Assembly: GCF_018977255.1 (NCBI RefSeq)
Contig: NW_024704742.1
Span: forward strand, 29,886,001 to 29,950,000
DNA from: Callorhinchus milii
Lineage: Eukaryota
Direction: 5' to 3'
DNA length: 64,000 bases
A model generated the notes under the pieces. The model saw nothing but the letters and a program-made list of their open reading frames with translations, had not been told where the DNA came from and made no database searches. The translations under genes were made by a program, and so were the position numbers. Shown piece by piece: positions 38,165 through 50,100 of this stretch. Every line of letters begins with the position of its first letter. The stretch's first letter is position 1.

Positions 38165-41100
38165 TCACCATTAGAAAAAAAACAGAAAATCACAGGTTTA
38201 AAATTGGTTGGCTTTTCAGTGTTGCTTCACCAGATTCACTCAACCTGTGTTAAACCTGTGAAGTGGCACTGAACTTTTCAATAATCATAGCAGTGCTGAA
38301 ATCTTTGATACTGGTTGCGGGTCCAACCATTGGGCTAAACCTGAAGAGATTCACTCTGTAGACAGACTTCTGCTATTGACTGGAGATTGCGATTTTTTTT
38401 AGCAAGATTCAATGTATTAAAATAGAAAAGGTGTGAACTTGTAAGACCAATTTGTGGATTGTGGAAATGTCTTGATTTCAAGCCAGTTCTTCTTAAGAAC
38501 TGCAAAAAACAGTCTCCTGATTAAGACTAGATTGAAGAATTTTCTGAGTGATCTTAAATTATAACACAAAATAACTCTTGACTTAGAGTCAATTCTATTA
38601 AGAAACATAGCAATTTTCACCCCTACATTTTAGCATGTCTGTGGAATTGTGGTGGGATTTCTGCCGGTAAATTCTTTGTGCTCTTTTCCTAGCAGAAAAT
38701 CATGATAAAACAATGAGCATTTCACCCTAATAGCTTTGTAAGCATTCTGTGAAACAAGTTAAATTTTACCTCACTCAGTAATACCCAAACAGGGGATTCT
38801 GTCTGAATAGTTAACCGAATAGCTTCAATCTTTCCAATCGATGTCTCGATTTCTCCTTCTGCAACTCCATTCACAAATGAACCTTAATGCATAAATGAAA
38901 CATAGTTATTATGTCACTCACAAGGAAAATAGTATGCCATATTCAACTGCCTGCAAACTTAAATTGGTAACAAGTGGAAGAGTTAGTTTGGCCATGAACC
39001 ATTGCATTGAGGTACAGACCCAATCCTTCTCACCTCCAGTTCATGCATTTCGACCACCATCTGACATGTTTCCTCTGGACAAACTTTATAAGAGTTGTAA
39101 TAAACAACAATAACAAATTACATTTGTTTTGCGCCTTTCATGTTGGGAGGACGTCACAAGTCGCTGGACAGTCAGATATTTGGACCCAAGCAGGGGTTTG
39201 GTATCAGGAGGGGTGGAGGGCAGGGAGGGTAGGAGTAAGAGGGTGGCCAAATGTGTGGTCGAAGAGGAGGATCGTGCGATGGGCCTTGAAGGAGACAAAG
39301 GAGGGAGCGAGGCAAAGTGACTGTGGGATGGAGTTCCAAAGGGTGGGGGGCAGAGAGGCTGAAGGCCTGACTGCTGATGGTGGAGCGGAGCGGGCTGGAG
39401 TCTGCTGAGTGGAGGGAGCAGACAGGTTGACATGGTGTTAGCAGGTCACAGAGGTAGGAAGGAGCAAAGCCATGGAGGGCTTTGAAGGAGAGGACGAGGA
39501 TTTTGAACTCTATCCTCTGGGGGATGAGGAACCAGGCGAGGGTGGGATGATAGGATCACGGAGCCTGGTGTGGTAGAGAACATGAGTTGCAGAGTTCTGG
39601 ATGATCTACAGCTTGTGGACGGAAGAGTTACAAAAGCAGGGAGTTGGCGTAGTCGAGCCATAAAATTAAATGAATTTGGGCCAGTTCTAGTCATTTCTGA
39701 ATGGTACAATCAGAGATGTCCATAATCTGTTATGAACTGGGCAATTTTGCTCAAAGCCCATAAATGATATAAACATATCTTGGTAAATAAGGAAACAGCT
39801 ATTTAACTGTAAATCCACAAATTAAATGTTCAAATCCAGAAAATAAATGTATTTCAATTTTGTTTGTGAAATGAGAGCACATTAAAGGACAAATTTGACT
39901 GAAAATTCATATTCTTCACTGTGAATGCCTAGAGTACAATTCCACATGTTCTCACATGCTTTTGAAATAAAAACATTTTTTCTCATGATTCTGGCTGATA
40001 GTTGTGTGTGGGTGTGTGTCTGTTGGTGCACACGCCACATGTGTGTATATTTACGTGCATACAGTACCATACACATAATGTGTGTATATTGTGTTGATGT
40101 TTAATGTTGGGGAAAAAGAAAAAAACACATCATTGCCTTCTCGGGCTCCAATGGGCAATGAGAAGCAAGGTCAGCTTCTCTGCTGCTGACAGTCCAGGCA
40201 ATCCTTTGCCCCAGTCTTGTTCATTTGAATTTGTTATTCATTTCACAATGCTCCCTCTCATTAATGCAAAGTCATAATAGGTGTAATCCAATCTCTCAAA
40301 GTGAAGTCCAGCATTTTACAATCGTAAAACTCCAAAAACGTTTGAAAAGGACTGGCTAATCTCCCATGGGGAAGCTGACTGACAAAAATGTTGACAAATC
40401 CTCTTCTGCAACTGTTTATGGTCTACACTGTTTGGATATCAGTGCGGAGGCCTGAAATTCACTTGGTCTTAACCTTAAGTCCACCATCTGAAAATATAAG
40501 ATTGTGTAGAATTTGGGAAAGATCTTGGCCTCTCGGAAATTCTAAGAACTACTTTTCCATAGTTTTTTAAATCAATTTTGGAACACCTGCTTCCAATTTA
40601 AGAATGAATTTGTGAATTTTCCAAAATTATTCCCAATCTTACATTTCAAGACAATGGATTTAAGATTAAGACCATGACAAACATCACACTTCTGATCTTG
40701 TAATCTCTAAATTAACACTTTTTTTATTAGTATAGATAGATATTTAGAAAATAGTCAATCATGTCCCAATGTAACTGCAAAACTCAAATTAATTCAATAC
40801 ATTGGGGTGTAAAACATTTTTGTAGACTCCCTCTGTGTCCATGATGATACAATGATACAATTTGAGACCAGAGGTATAAGAAATGGTGATGTATTATTTC
40901 CATGTGAGAAAAAACGCTGCTAAAAATATAGCCCAATATTATCTGTTCCTGTGTTGGCATGACAGAGAATTGGTGATACTTCAAGTTCAAAGGTAGTCCA
41001 AAATCAGAAGGAACCAGAGGGATGCAGAGGATGAATATTCACCTCCCAGCATGGCAATTCACCTCCTAAAATGTGAGATGTGCAGTACCAGCAGTAAATG

Positions 41101-44100
41101 GTGATGTACAGAGGCATTGGAAACAATGAGAGACCATCGATAAACATGGATGCATATCATCATTGATACTGAGGAGGGCTTCCCTGGACCCATGACACAT
41201 GCTTTGAGTAACATTCTAGGAGAGTGGTGCTCACCTTCAGATGGATACAAGCAAGATAGTTGACTGATGATATTGGCAAGCCTTTTATTTCATCAAGTCA
41301 CTATCTTCAAACTTCGAAATGCTTTGGAAAATCTTGGAATAAAATGTCATAGATCAAATAGGATTTGTGTCAAAGCTGTAAGATTTTGGCAGTGTAGTAA
41401 ATTTCCCAAATCCTAGATTCTCACATTTGCTAATCTAGCGGATGTACTGCAAGTCGTATCATGCTCGGTACTTGACATGTGTTCTAAAATGAAACCGTTG
41501 CCAAAAGCTTTCAAAAGCTGATGTGTTATGAGCATTCAAGTATCTGGTAATCTCGTCAATCTCAATAGTATTGCCTTCTCCTTCTCTTTGACACATTCTA
41601 AGAATAGCAATGATACTGGATCATACCCTTTGTAGATAGACTTCACAATAATCACAGTACAGATTTTCATATTGATGTGTCAATTGCTCTATAGCTTTGG
41701 TATAGAGTACAACATACATAAGGTTGCATCAATTTGCAGTATATCCTGTGAAGCGTTTTGAGGTACCTTGGTTACATGATAAGGCACTATATCAAATGAA
41801 AGAGTAATTATTACTTCTCCCATGTATGAACAATGAATTTAAATGAATCATCCTTTGTGTGATTCCATCTGGCATGGAAGAGGCATTCATATGTGCAGTC
41901 CCACATATATGACACGATTAGGCAGTCTTATATAGAGAGGGAAGCTTTGAGGCTCAGGTATTCTACATTGTAGGGTGAAAACTGTAAGAGTCCCAACAGT
42001 TTTTGAAAAAGATTTGAGATTCCTGATGTAAGTGAATGCACATTACAGCTGAGTATCTGCAGGATTGGGTTTTTGAGAACCCTTTTGAAAGTCCACATTA
42101 GATCTCAATCTTACAATTTGTCACCTTGGCTTTAATGCCATTATCAAGCCTAATAGCAGTAATGTTGGGTGCTGTGCAAATGTTGAACCATTGTTGGTGT
42201 CTGTGCAGATAATTATTCTTTCTGGACACGGTGTGCTGAGTTCCCCAGATTAACCGGGTACACTAGGAGCTCAATGAAGGTATTGATGACGGGTATGGTT
42301 CTTGCTGGAGAAGAACAACACTCTCACCAGTTTTCCCACACTTTTACACCAGGGCATGACCGCAGATCCAGCCAGCTCAACGGATGGTAATTGTAACAAT
42401 ATGGACCCATCCTGGGACATGCAGGTCTTTGCAATAATGGTATTCTATACACATTGGGCTCTCATATGCAACAATTTGGTAATGTGACTCACTTTAGTGA
42501 CTGAGTTGCAAAGAATGCCAATAAACTTAAACAGAAGAACTCTGCTCTGACAGAATGCACTACACCAATTAATGATAGAAATCAGCATTTAGTGCCTCCT
42601 TTTAAGATAGCTGGATATCAGAAATGCAAACATATTTAAAGAATTTCCTTCTGTGGAGCATTATTCTTCAACAGCTTAGATTATTTTTAGAAAAGTTTCT
42701 TACCTATTTTTAAATATCCATCTTTTGTTATTTTGTATTTGGGGTCTTTGACACTAAAGTCTTGCAACGATTTTTTCTCAAGGACACTTCTCTGAAAGGT
42801 TGACAGAAAAGAGGAGTCAAAGGGAATATTAAGACAATATCAAACAAATTTCATTTTCCAACGTAGGTTAAAAATGCGTTCCACAGAGATCACTGTGTAT
42901 GCTCTATTGTATTGTGTATAATGGTCAGAAATAGGAACTCAGGTTATTTTTTCCCAATCAACAACAACAACAACTTGGATTTATATAATGCCCTCCACGC
43001 CAGACGGTGTCTCAGAGCGCTTTACAGTTTCGGATCCCGGGACCGAACCAGGGGGAGGGGGAGAAAGGTGACCGAAGGCGTGGTCGAAAAGAAAGGTCTT
43101 CAGCAGAGACCTGAAAATGGGAAGGGAGGGAGCGAGACGAAGGGAGTGAGGAAGGCAGTTCCAGAGCCTCGGGGCATAGTGGCTGAAAGCACGACCGCCG
43201 AGGGTGGAGCGGAGGACGAAGGCAACGGGTGCTGTTTTGAGGAGAGAGGAGGTCAGAGAGGTAGGGGTATGCAGAGGAGCACAGAGACTTGAATACGAGG
43301 GTGAGGATCTTGAAGTCGAACCTCTCTGGGATAGGGAGCCAGTGCAGTCTGGCAAGGACTGGGGTGATCGGGGAGCGGAGTTTCAATCGGTTCTGAAGCC
43401 AAGTGTCCTCAACTTCTGCCACAGCTGAGAATGAGCACAGACCAGATTATCTCTGTGGGTAATATGAATTTAGAACAGTGAGGGGAGGGACATCTAGATC
43501 TTTGAACAAAGCAATCTGTTTAACTTTGTTTCCCAACAAAGGACTGTAGATGGAAGGAATTTTTTTTTTACTTTTGATGCAGATGAACCTGGAATTATTT
43601 TGATAAGATTCAACAACAGAAATATTCAGTATTTATCAAATTCCATGATACTCTATGTCAAAGCATTAAAAGACCAAGTTGGAAGTTGACATTTCAGTGC
43701 AAATTTTACGTGCGCAAAAGGATGGAAATGTGAAATAATTCTTAATGATTAAATTATCCAGAGCATTGATGTGACGTTGCATAAATGTTTCCCTTGCCAA
43801 GTAGGCAGGTTAGCCAGGAGTTTCTGACATTTAAACATGAAATTACTTACGTTTGCTGGTAAAACCTCTACTGTTGTATTGAAAAGTTTGTCTCCCGGGT
43901 GTTCTACATTCCCACTTCTAAAGACGTATCTGGCAAAGAAAACAGAAATGAGAAGTAAACAAGGCAGAAACTACACAAAATATAATCCTTATCACATCAC
44001 AACAATAACTTGCACTGATATAGTGCTTTTCTTGTGAGACAAACATCTCAATATCACTTCAATGCTTGTAATTCTGAGGATTCATGGCTCCCAGAACTGT

Positions 44101-47100
44101 ATAGCGTCTCCGCTGAATTCAATGGAACACTCAGCTCCTAACCCAAAATACATTACCACCCCCTGATCTCCAACAAAAAAAATTGCATAAGTCTAGGTAA
44201 GTCCGTGTCCAATTGGGAGTGTGCTTTCAGCTTTTCTTGATATTTATTGATTTATGGCATAAACGTGTTTGTTAAAGATCCCATGAACCTATTTGTAAAG
44301 AGAATGGAGTTTTCCAGTGATCTAGTCAACAATCATCAGACAAAATTGGTCACTCACTTCATGGCTGTTTATGGAATATTGCTGGAAATTTTTTGCCCTG
44401 TATATCTCCAAATACGGAGTATATCCTGTGAAGTATATTGAGCTGTCCTCCTGATATGAAAGGTACTATATCAAATGCAAGGATTATTTTTTATTATTAT
44501 TATCCTGAACGGCAGAGGGAACACTGAAGTTTGAATATTATTAATGGATAACTTCCCCTGTTTGAAAGAGTGGCCTTAGCATGATAATTTATTTTGCTAG
44601 CTGATCATAAAGATTGGCCACCACTTAGACTTTAGACTTAGTTCGGAGTCCCAATGTGGAATTTGAACCGACAAGCTCCTGACTCAGAGACGGGAATGCT
44701 TCCAACTGAGCCAGGCTGACACATATAGCATTGTTTGACACCGAGCAAAAGTGAAAGGAGCAGAGACTGTAGGCATAGTCGAAGAGGAAGTCTTCAGGTG
44801 CGATCTGAAAATGAGCAAAGAGGGAATAAGATGGACGGATGGAGGCAGGTAGTTCCAGAGTGTCTGATGGTAGAGTAGGCGAGGCAAGAAACATGCAGAC
44901 GGCCTATTTGCACTGTCGCTACTTGTGTGACTGCTGGAAAAAAGGACGGTAACTCAAGGAGCATTTTTTCCAGGAAATCTCCCATACAGCATACAGGGTC
45001 ACGGGACTTCAGGTGCATTGGAAACCCAAGCTCAAGCCTGGAGAAAATGCCATCCACAATGCAGGCATCCTTGGCTTGGGCAGACCCCTGCACCCTGAGA
45101 TAAAAGAAGTAACATAACGTCATCTATCCAGCTTCTGTGCCATTGTGACAAGTTCATAAAAATAACAATCCGTGCTAACCTTTCCACTTTCAATGGCTGG
45201 AAGAATTTAAACTGGATGAAGTCCCCGGCCTCAGGAACAAATGCCCAGAAGAAATTCTCGCCTTGGTAGGCCTTTGCCAGATTGTATTGCTGATAGACTT
45301 TCAAGCTGGTGTTCAGTTCCGCCATGGGATTTGAGTGCCCTCTATGTAATTGTTGTTTCCCAAAGTCCTTATCCTTTATTTTAAAAAAAATAGTCAGAAT
45401 TAGAACTGGAAATTCAAAAGAGATACTTTGAACAGATAGAAACAAGAACAACTTGCATTTACGTGATGCTCTTTATGTAGTATAGAATTTCGGAGCACCG
45501 AAACATGTACATTGGTGTATATCTTCAGCTGCGATCACTGTATTTTCCAAAGTCAATATTGAAAAACATAGTTCACTATTTAAATATCCCAAATATCCCT
45601 ACTATCCTGACACAATGTGCTTTGGTTAAGAGGAAAATTGTAAGTCACAACTATTTTTAATACCATTACTATCTGAAAGACGAACACGTGGGACAATTTA
45701 CAATGGATTTGCCCGTATCGCTTCTCACATTTTATTTGATATTTTATTTCATATTTTAATTCACTGATCAAGATTGGAGCTAATTGCTACATGCTGTTAC
45801 TTTGTCATAAGTAAATAGTATCAGATATTTGATGCAATGGCATCAAGCCTCAATCAATCTGCATACATTTTGTAATAACGGGTTTGACTGCAATACTGCA
45901 TTTGATCAGACTTGGAGCCTATATAACGAATTAAAACTGCATAGCAGTGATTTGCATCAGACATGGCTAAAAATCTAAGCTAAACATTAGCTTAAACATG
46001 GATGAAGAGAAGGTAGACAATAGGACTGAATGGATTGGGCTAAATGGTTTTCTGTTCTGTAAATTTCTATGGGCCTCTGGCTGATTAAAGGAAAAAAAGG
46101 TGCTGCAACTTTAAGGGAACATTTCAAATATTGAACCTCTTTGTTTTACTGCTCCTCATATCCACCTGAAGGAATGTGGATGAGATAATAAGCCATGATG
46201 CCATTTTACTTCTAAAGCTATCAGTAACTTATGAAAGCCAGATCAAATTCAATTTAGATGGTGCGACATTCTTGTGGAGTCCTGCAGCTCAGTGATTAGA
46301 GCACTCGCTTTGCAAGTGAGAGACCTGAGTTCAATTCCCGGCAGGGCGAAACCTTGGACAAGTTTCCTTACTCCACACACCTAATAATAATCCCTCCAAA
46401 ACCAAAACCAATAATAAATTGGTCATTTTCAATCCATGACTGTTTGTGGGACATTGCTGTGCGCAATTGGCTGCCGCGTTCGCCCACAAATATACAGTCA
46501 ATTCACTTTACAGTATATTCTGTGAAGCGCTTTGGGACGTCCTCCCGACGTGAAAAGCGCTATATCAAATGCAAGGATTATTATTATTATTCTTTCTGTT
46601 TACTCCATGCTGTGCATTGAATATATATTTTTTAAAAACTTACTTTTAGAGGCTGCACTTTTCCAGCCAGTGAAGAGTGAGTTCCCACATGCTGGAAGAG
46701 GGAAGGCTTGTAACGTATTCGTAAATTGGCCTTTTGTCTGTCACAATGTTTCTGAAGGAAAGAAAAAAAATGCATGAAGCAATGCTTAAGGTGATAATAA
46801 TAATAATCCTTGCATTTGATGTAGCGCTTTTCACGTCTTCTAGACATCTCAAAGCGCTTCACAGAATATGCTGTAAAGTGAATTGACTGTATATTTGTGG
46901 GCGAAACACGGATAACAATAATAATCCTTGCATTTCATACAGAGACTTATATCATCGAAAAGTCTCAAAGCATTTCACAGGATTTTTCTGTGATGTATAA
47001 CGGCTGTGTTTAATAATAATAATACTAACAATCCTTATTTGTAGGCAAACTCGACAGTTGTATCAGGTATGCTACTGTTATGAGGCCCAGAATTAACAGA

Positions 47101-50100
47101 TGATTCCAAGGTATGCCGTGACTGATATTGAATGCATTACAGTTCTGACCAAATCCCTTGTAAGACAATAATATTTCTGTGATATTGCATAATTGGAATG
47201 TCTCAAAGTGCTTCACAGGATTGTTGCTGTGAAGTACAATGACTATGTATTTGTTGACAAACACGACAGCAAATACACACATAGCATCATCACACAAACA
47301 GTTATAAAGTGAATGACCAATTTTATCTGGAGTATTGTTGGTTAGGACACCAGGAGAAACTCTCTTCGCTTTACGAATAGTACCATGGGATCAAAATATT
47401 TATGGCACATCAACAAAAACAACAATAAAATTACATTTATAGAGCGCCTTTCATGTCGGGAGGACAAGGCGCTGAAAAATGGCACGTTGCTGGCACTTTG
47501 GCACATGGCACATTGCTATGGGCAAATTGGCTGCACCTTTGCCTGAAAAATACATGTTCATTACGCTTTACTGTAAATCTTGTGAACATTTTGATTCGTC
47601 ATTTTGAGGTGAAATGCACTAAACCAATTGCAAGAGTTATTATTATTATTATTATTATTTTTGACCTCAAGGCTACATTAGATATGCTGGTCTGTGGTGT
47701 GCTGCTTAGTGGGTTACCAGCTTAACTCCACATTGCTGTTGATCATGAAAGCCCCATTTCATATACTGCAAAGGAGTGAGACCGACAAGAAAACCCTGCC
47801 AACAAATCTAATGACTGCTGTGGGCTGTTTCCAGGCCCAATAATCGTGATAGAGCTATGGACAGTGGTGTCACACATATGGCCACACATCAACATGGCAG
47901 AGTTTCCCGTGATGTGATAATGACCACCAGTGAGCATTAAGGCCTCACAGGACCCAATTTTCACCCCACCGGAAAATAGACTTGAATGAAGAATTACTTT
48001 GTTGTACCCCTTATATTCAAGGTTTTCAGATTTCAATAAAATGACAAAAGGAACGTGCATTGCTATCCTGGGTTGGGAGTTTTGATTGGTGGGATCAGGG
48101 ACAGGAACAAATGGTGCCTCAACGCAGGAAGGTAGGCTATCCCATAATGAATATGGACAAATCAAACTCTCCTGATAGGCATTACAATCACACTGCTGGT
48201 CAAAAATCTCATGGCAATACTACAGCTGCTTGAGATGATTTGCGCACCAGGTTTTTGAGAAACCCATTAGATTGCTCACACCTAAATCCCTAGCCATCTC
48301 ATGCTATCGGTATTCCAACAAAATTTACATTGGCTGAGTGTAGTAATCACTAACAATACACATTACGCACATTGAATCTTGGGAGCAAATACCTTTGAAG
48401 AATGTAAAATCAATAAACCAGGTGTTGCATAAATCTTCTGTCTGATTTATACTAATTCTTTTTGTGGCTGTAGCGCACATTAAAAGAGGTAATAACTGCT
48501 TGGTAAACAGATTGCTGGGCTTGGAGATTTCAGCAAAGCCTCCACTGAAGTCTGTAAGTGTTGAAAGTGGGCTTTCTGATTTAATCATGGGATTCTAATC
48601 CAGGTTGAGTTAGCGGGTATTCCTGAATAAATTGGGAAAATCCCTGCTGAATGGAATCCACGATGGTGCATTTTTCAACAGCTTGTGCGCTATCGTTATT
48701 AGGAGGGAGAGTGAGTGTACCACCCACTTTGAAACCATTCCTTAATTAGGAAACAGGACACATTTAGGAATACCACAGGTTTGACCATGTGGTAAAATAG
48801 TGGTGATACATAATTCTTCAATTCACATAAACAGTAGTTCAAAAACATAACATAGTTCAATAGCACAAAATAGCATAAGCAGAAGTTATTTTCTCACATT
48901 AATCGCAATGTGATTTTCATCCATAGTTCAGTAAAAAGGACATAAAAATAAATTTTCCTTGATTGAAGCTCTCCCGGACACTACCCCGCCTGAAGTGCGC
49001 TATGTAACTGGAAGTTGTTGTTGTTGTTGATTTCTATTAAATGTGGTGGAAGTGTAGGTATATTTTGTGGAAATAAATGTGTTTACTTACTGACCAAGTG
49101 TGAACTATACAAGTTCTGATAGATGGCATTTTAAGGCATCAAATAAGATGGATGGATTTATTGAGTCACCAACTCAATGGGCGGGAATGAGATACTTTGC
49201 CTTCACTAATTCTACTTTATTTCTACCTCTATTCACAATGGCGTTGGACAGGAGGCTGGTGTTGTGAGGATGTTCCCAAACATGATTGCAAAAACAGGGG
49301 AAAAAACCACGAGTGGGAACCACTGAGTGTGACTTGAGCGATGCAGGAAGCCTGAAGCCTGGAGCTTTTGGGCTCACTGCCTCCCACGGTGGCTTGCCTG
49401 GAGCGGAGAACAAGACCTACAGGTAAGGCGCTTACCTGGAGCAGGGCTCCTGTGGTGGGGATCAAGGACAACCCCTGTCCCCTTCTCTCCACAAACCCCA
49501 CTCAACCCTTCTCTATCACCGCCTTCCCCACCTCCTATCCCTGCTCGATCCTCTCTCGCCCTCCCTCTGCTCTAGCCTTTGAATCCTCTGTTGTGCCCAC
49601 AGTGGCAGACGTTGCTGGCTGTCCAACAGCAACCGCCCTGACTGCCCCATCCTCCACCTCCGGTGCAAAGCCCATTGATCCCTGAAGGGTTGGCATGATC
49701 CACATCCTTACCCTCTCTGTCAATCCTCCCCCCAACCCTGCCTCGTCTCGCCCATTCCTACACCACCAGCTGTCCTCTCCGTATCGATCTACAAAATGTC
49801 CAATCCCTTTCCAGCAAAACGCTCAAGACCTCATTGTCGACAAAAACATTGACATCCTCGCTCTCACCAAAACCTGCGTCATCCCAGGCGACACCTTCCC
49901 CCTGACCGAGGCCACACCACCTGGCTACACCTTCCACCACACCCGACAACCTAACCACCATGGTGAGGTTGTGGCTCTTGTCTCCCGGTTCCCACTCGGT
50001 CTATCCCCTTACTCCTCCGGAACCTTCCCCTCCTTTGAGCACCTTACCCACTATCACTTCTCCAACCTTTCCCTCAAAATCCTCCTTGCCTATCGTCCCT

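Noticed and set aside
41100..41260. Possible Harbinger-transposase remnant (GFPG..HD-like across a frameshift)
   Set aside because: Too short and degenerate to support without a profile search.
46276..46350. tRNA-Ala-like genes (also at 3695-3766, 8231-8300, 12784-12826, 56595-56663)
   Set aside because: These are SINE heads; they continue into the SINE body (or are truncated) and lack a proper acceptor stem.
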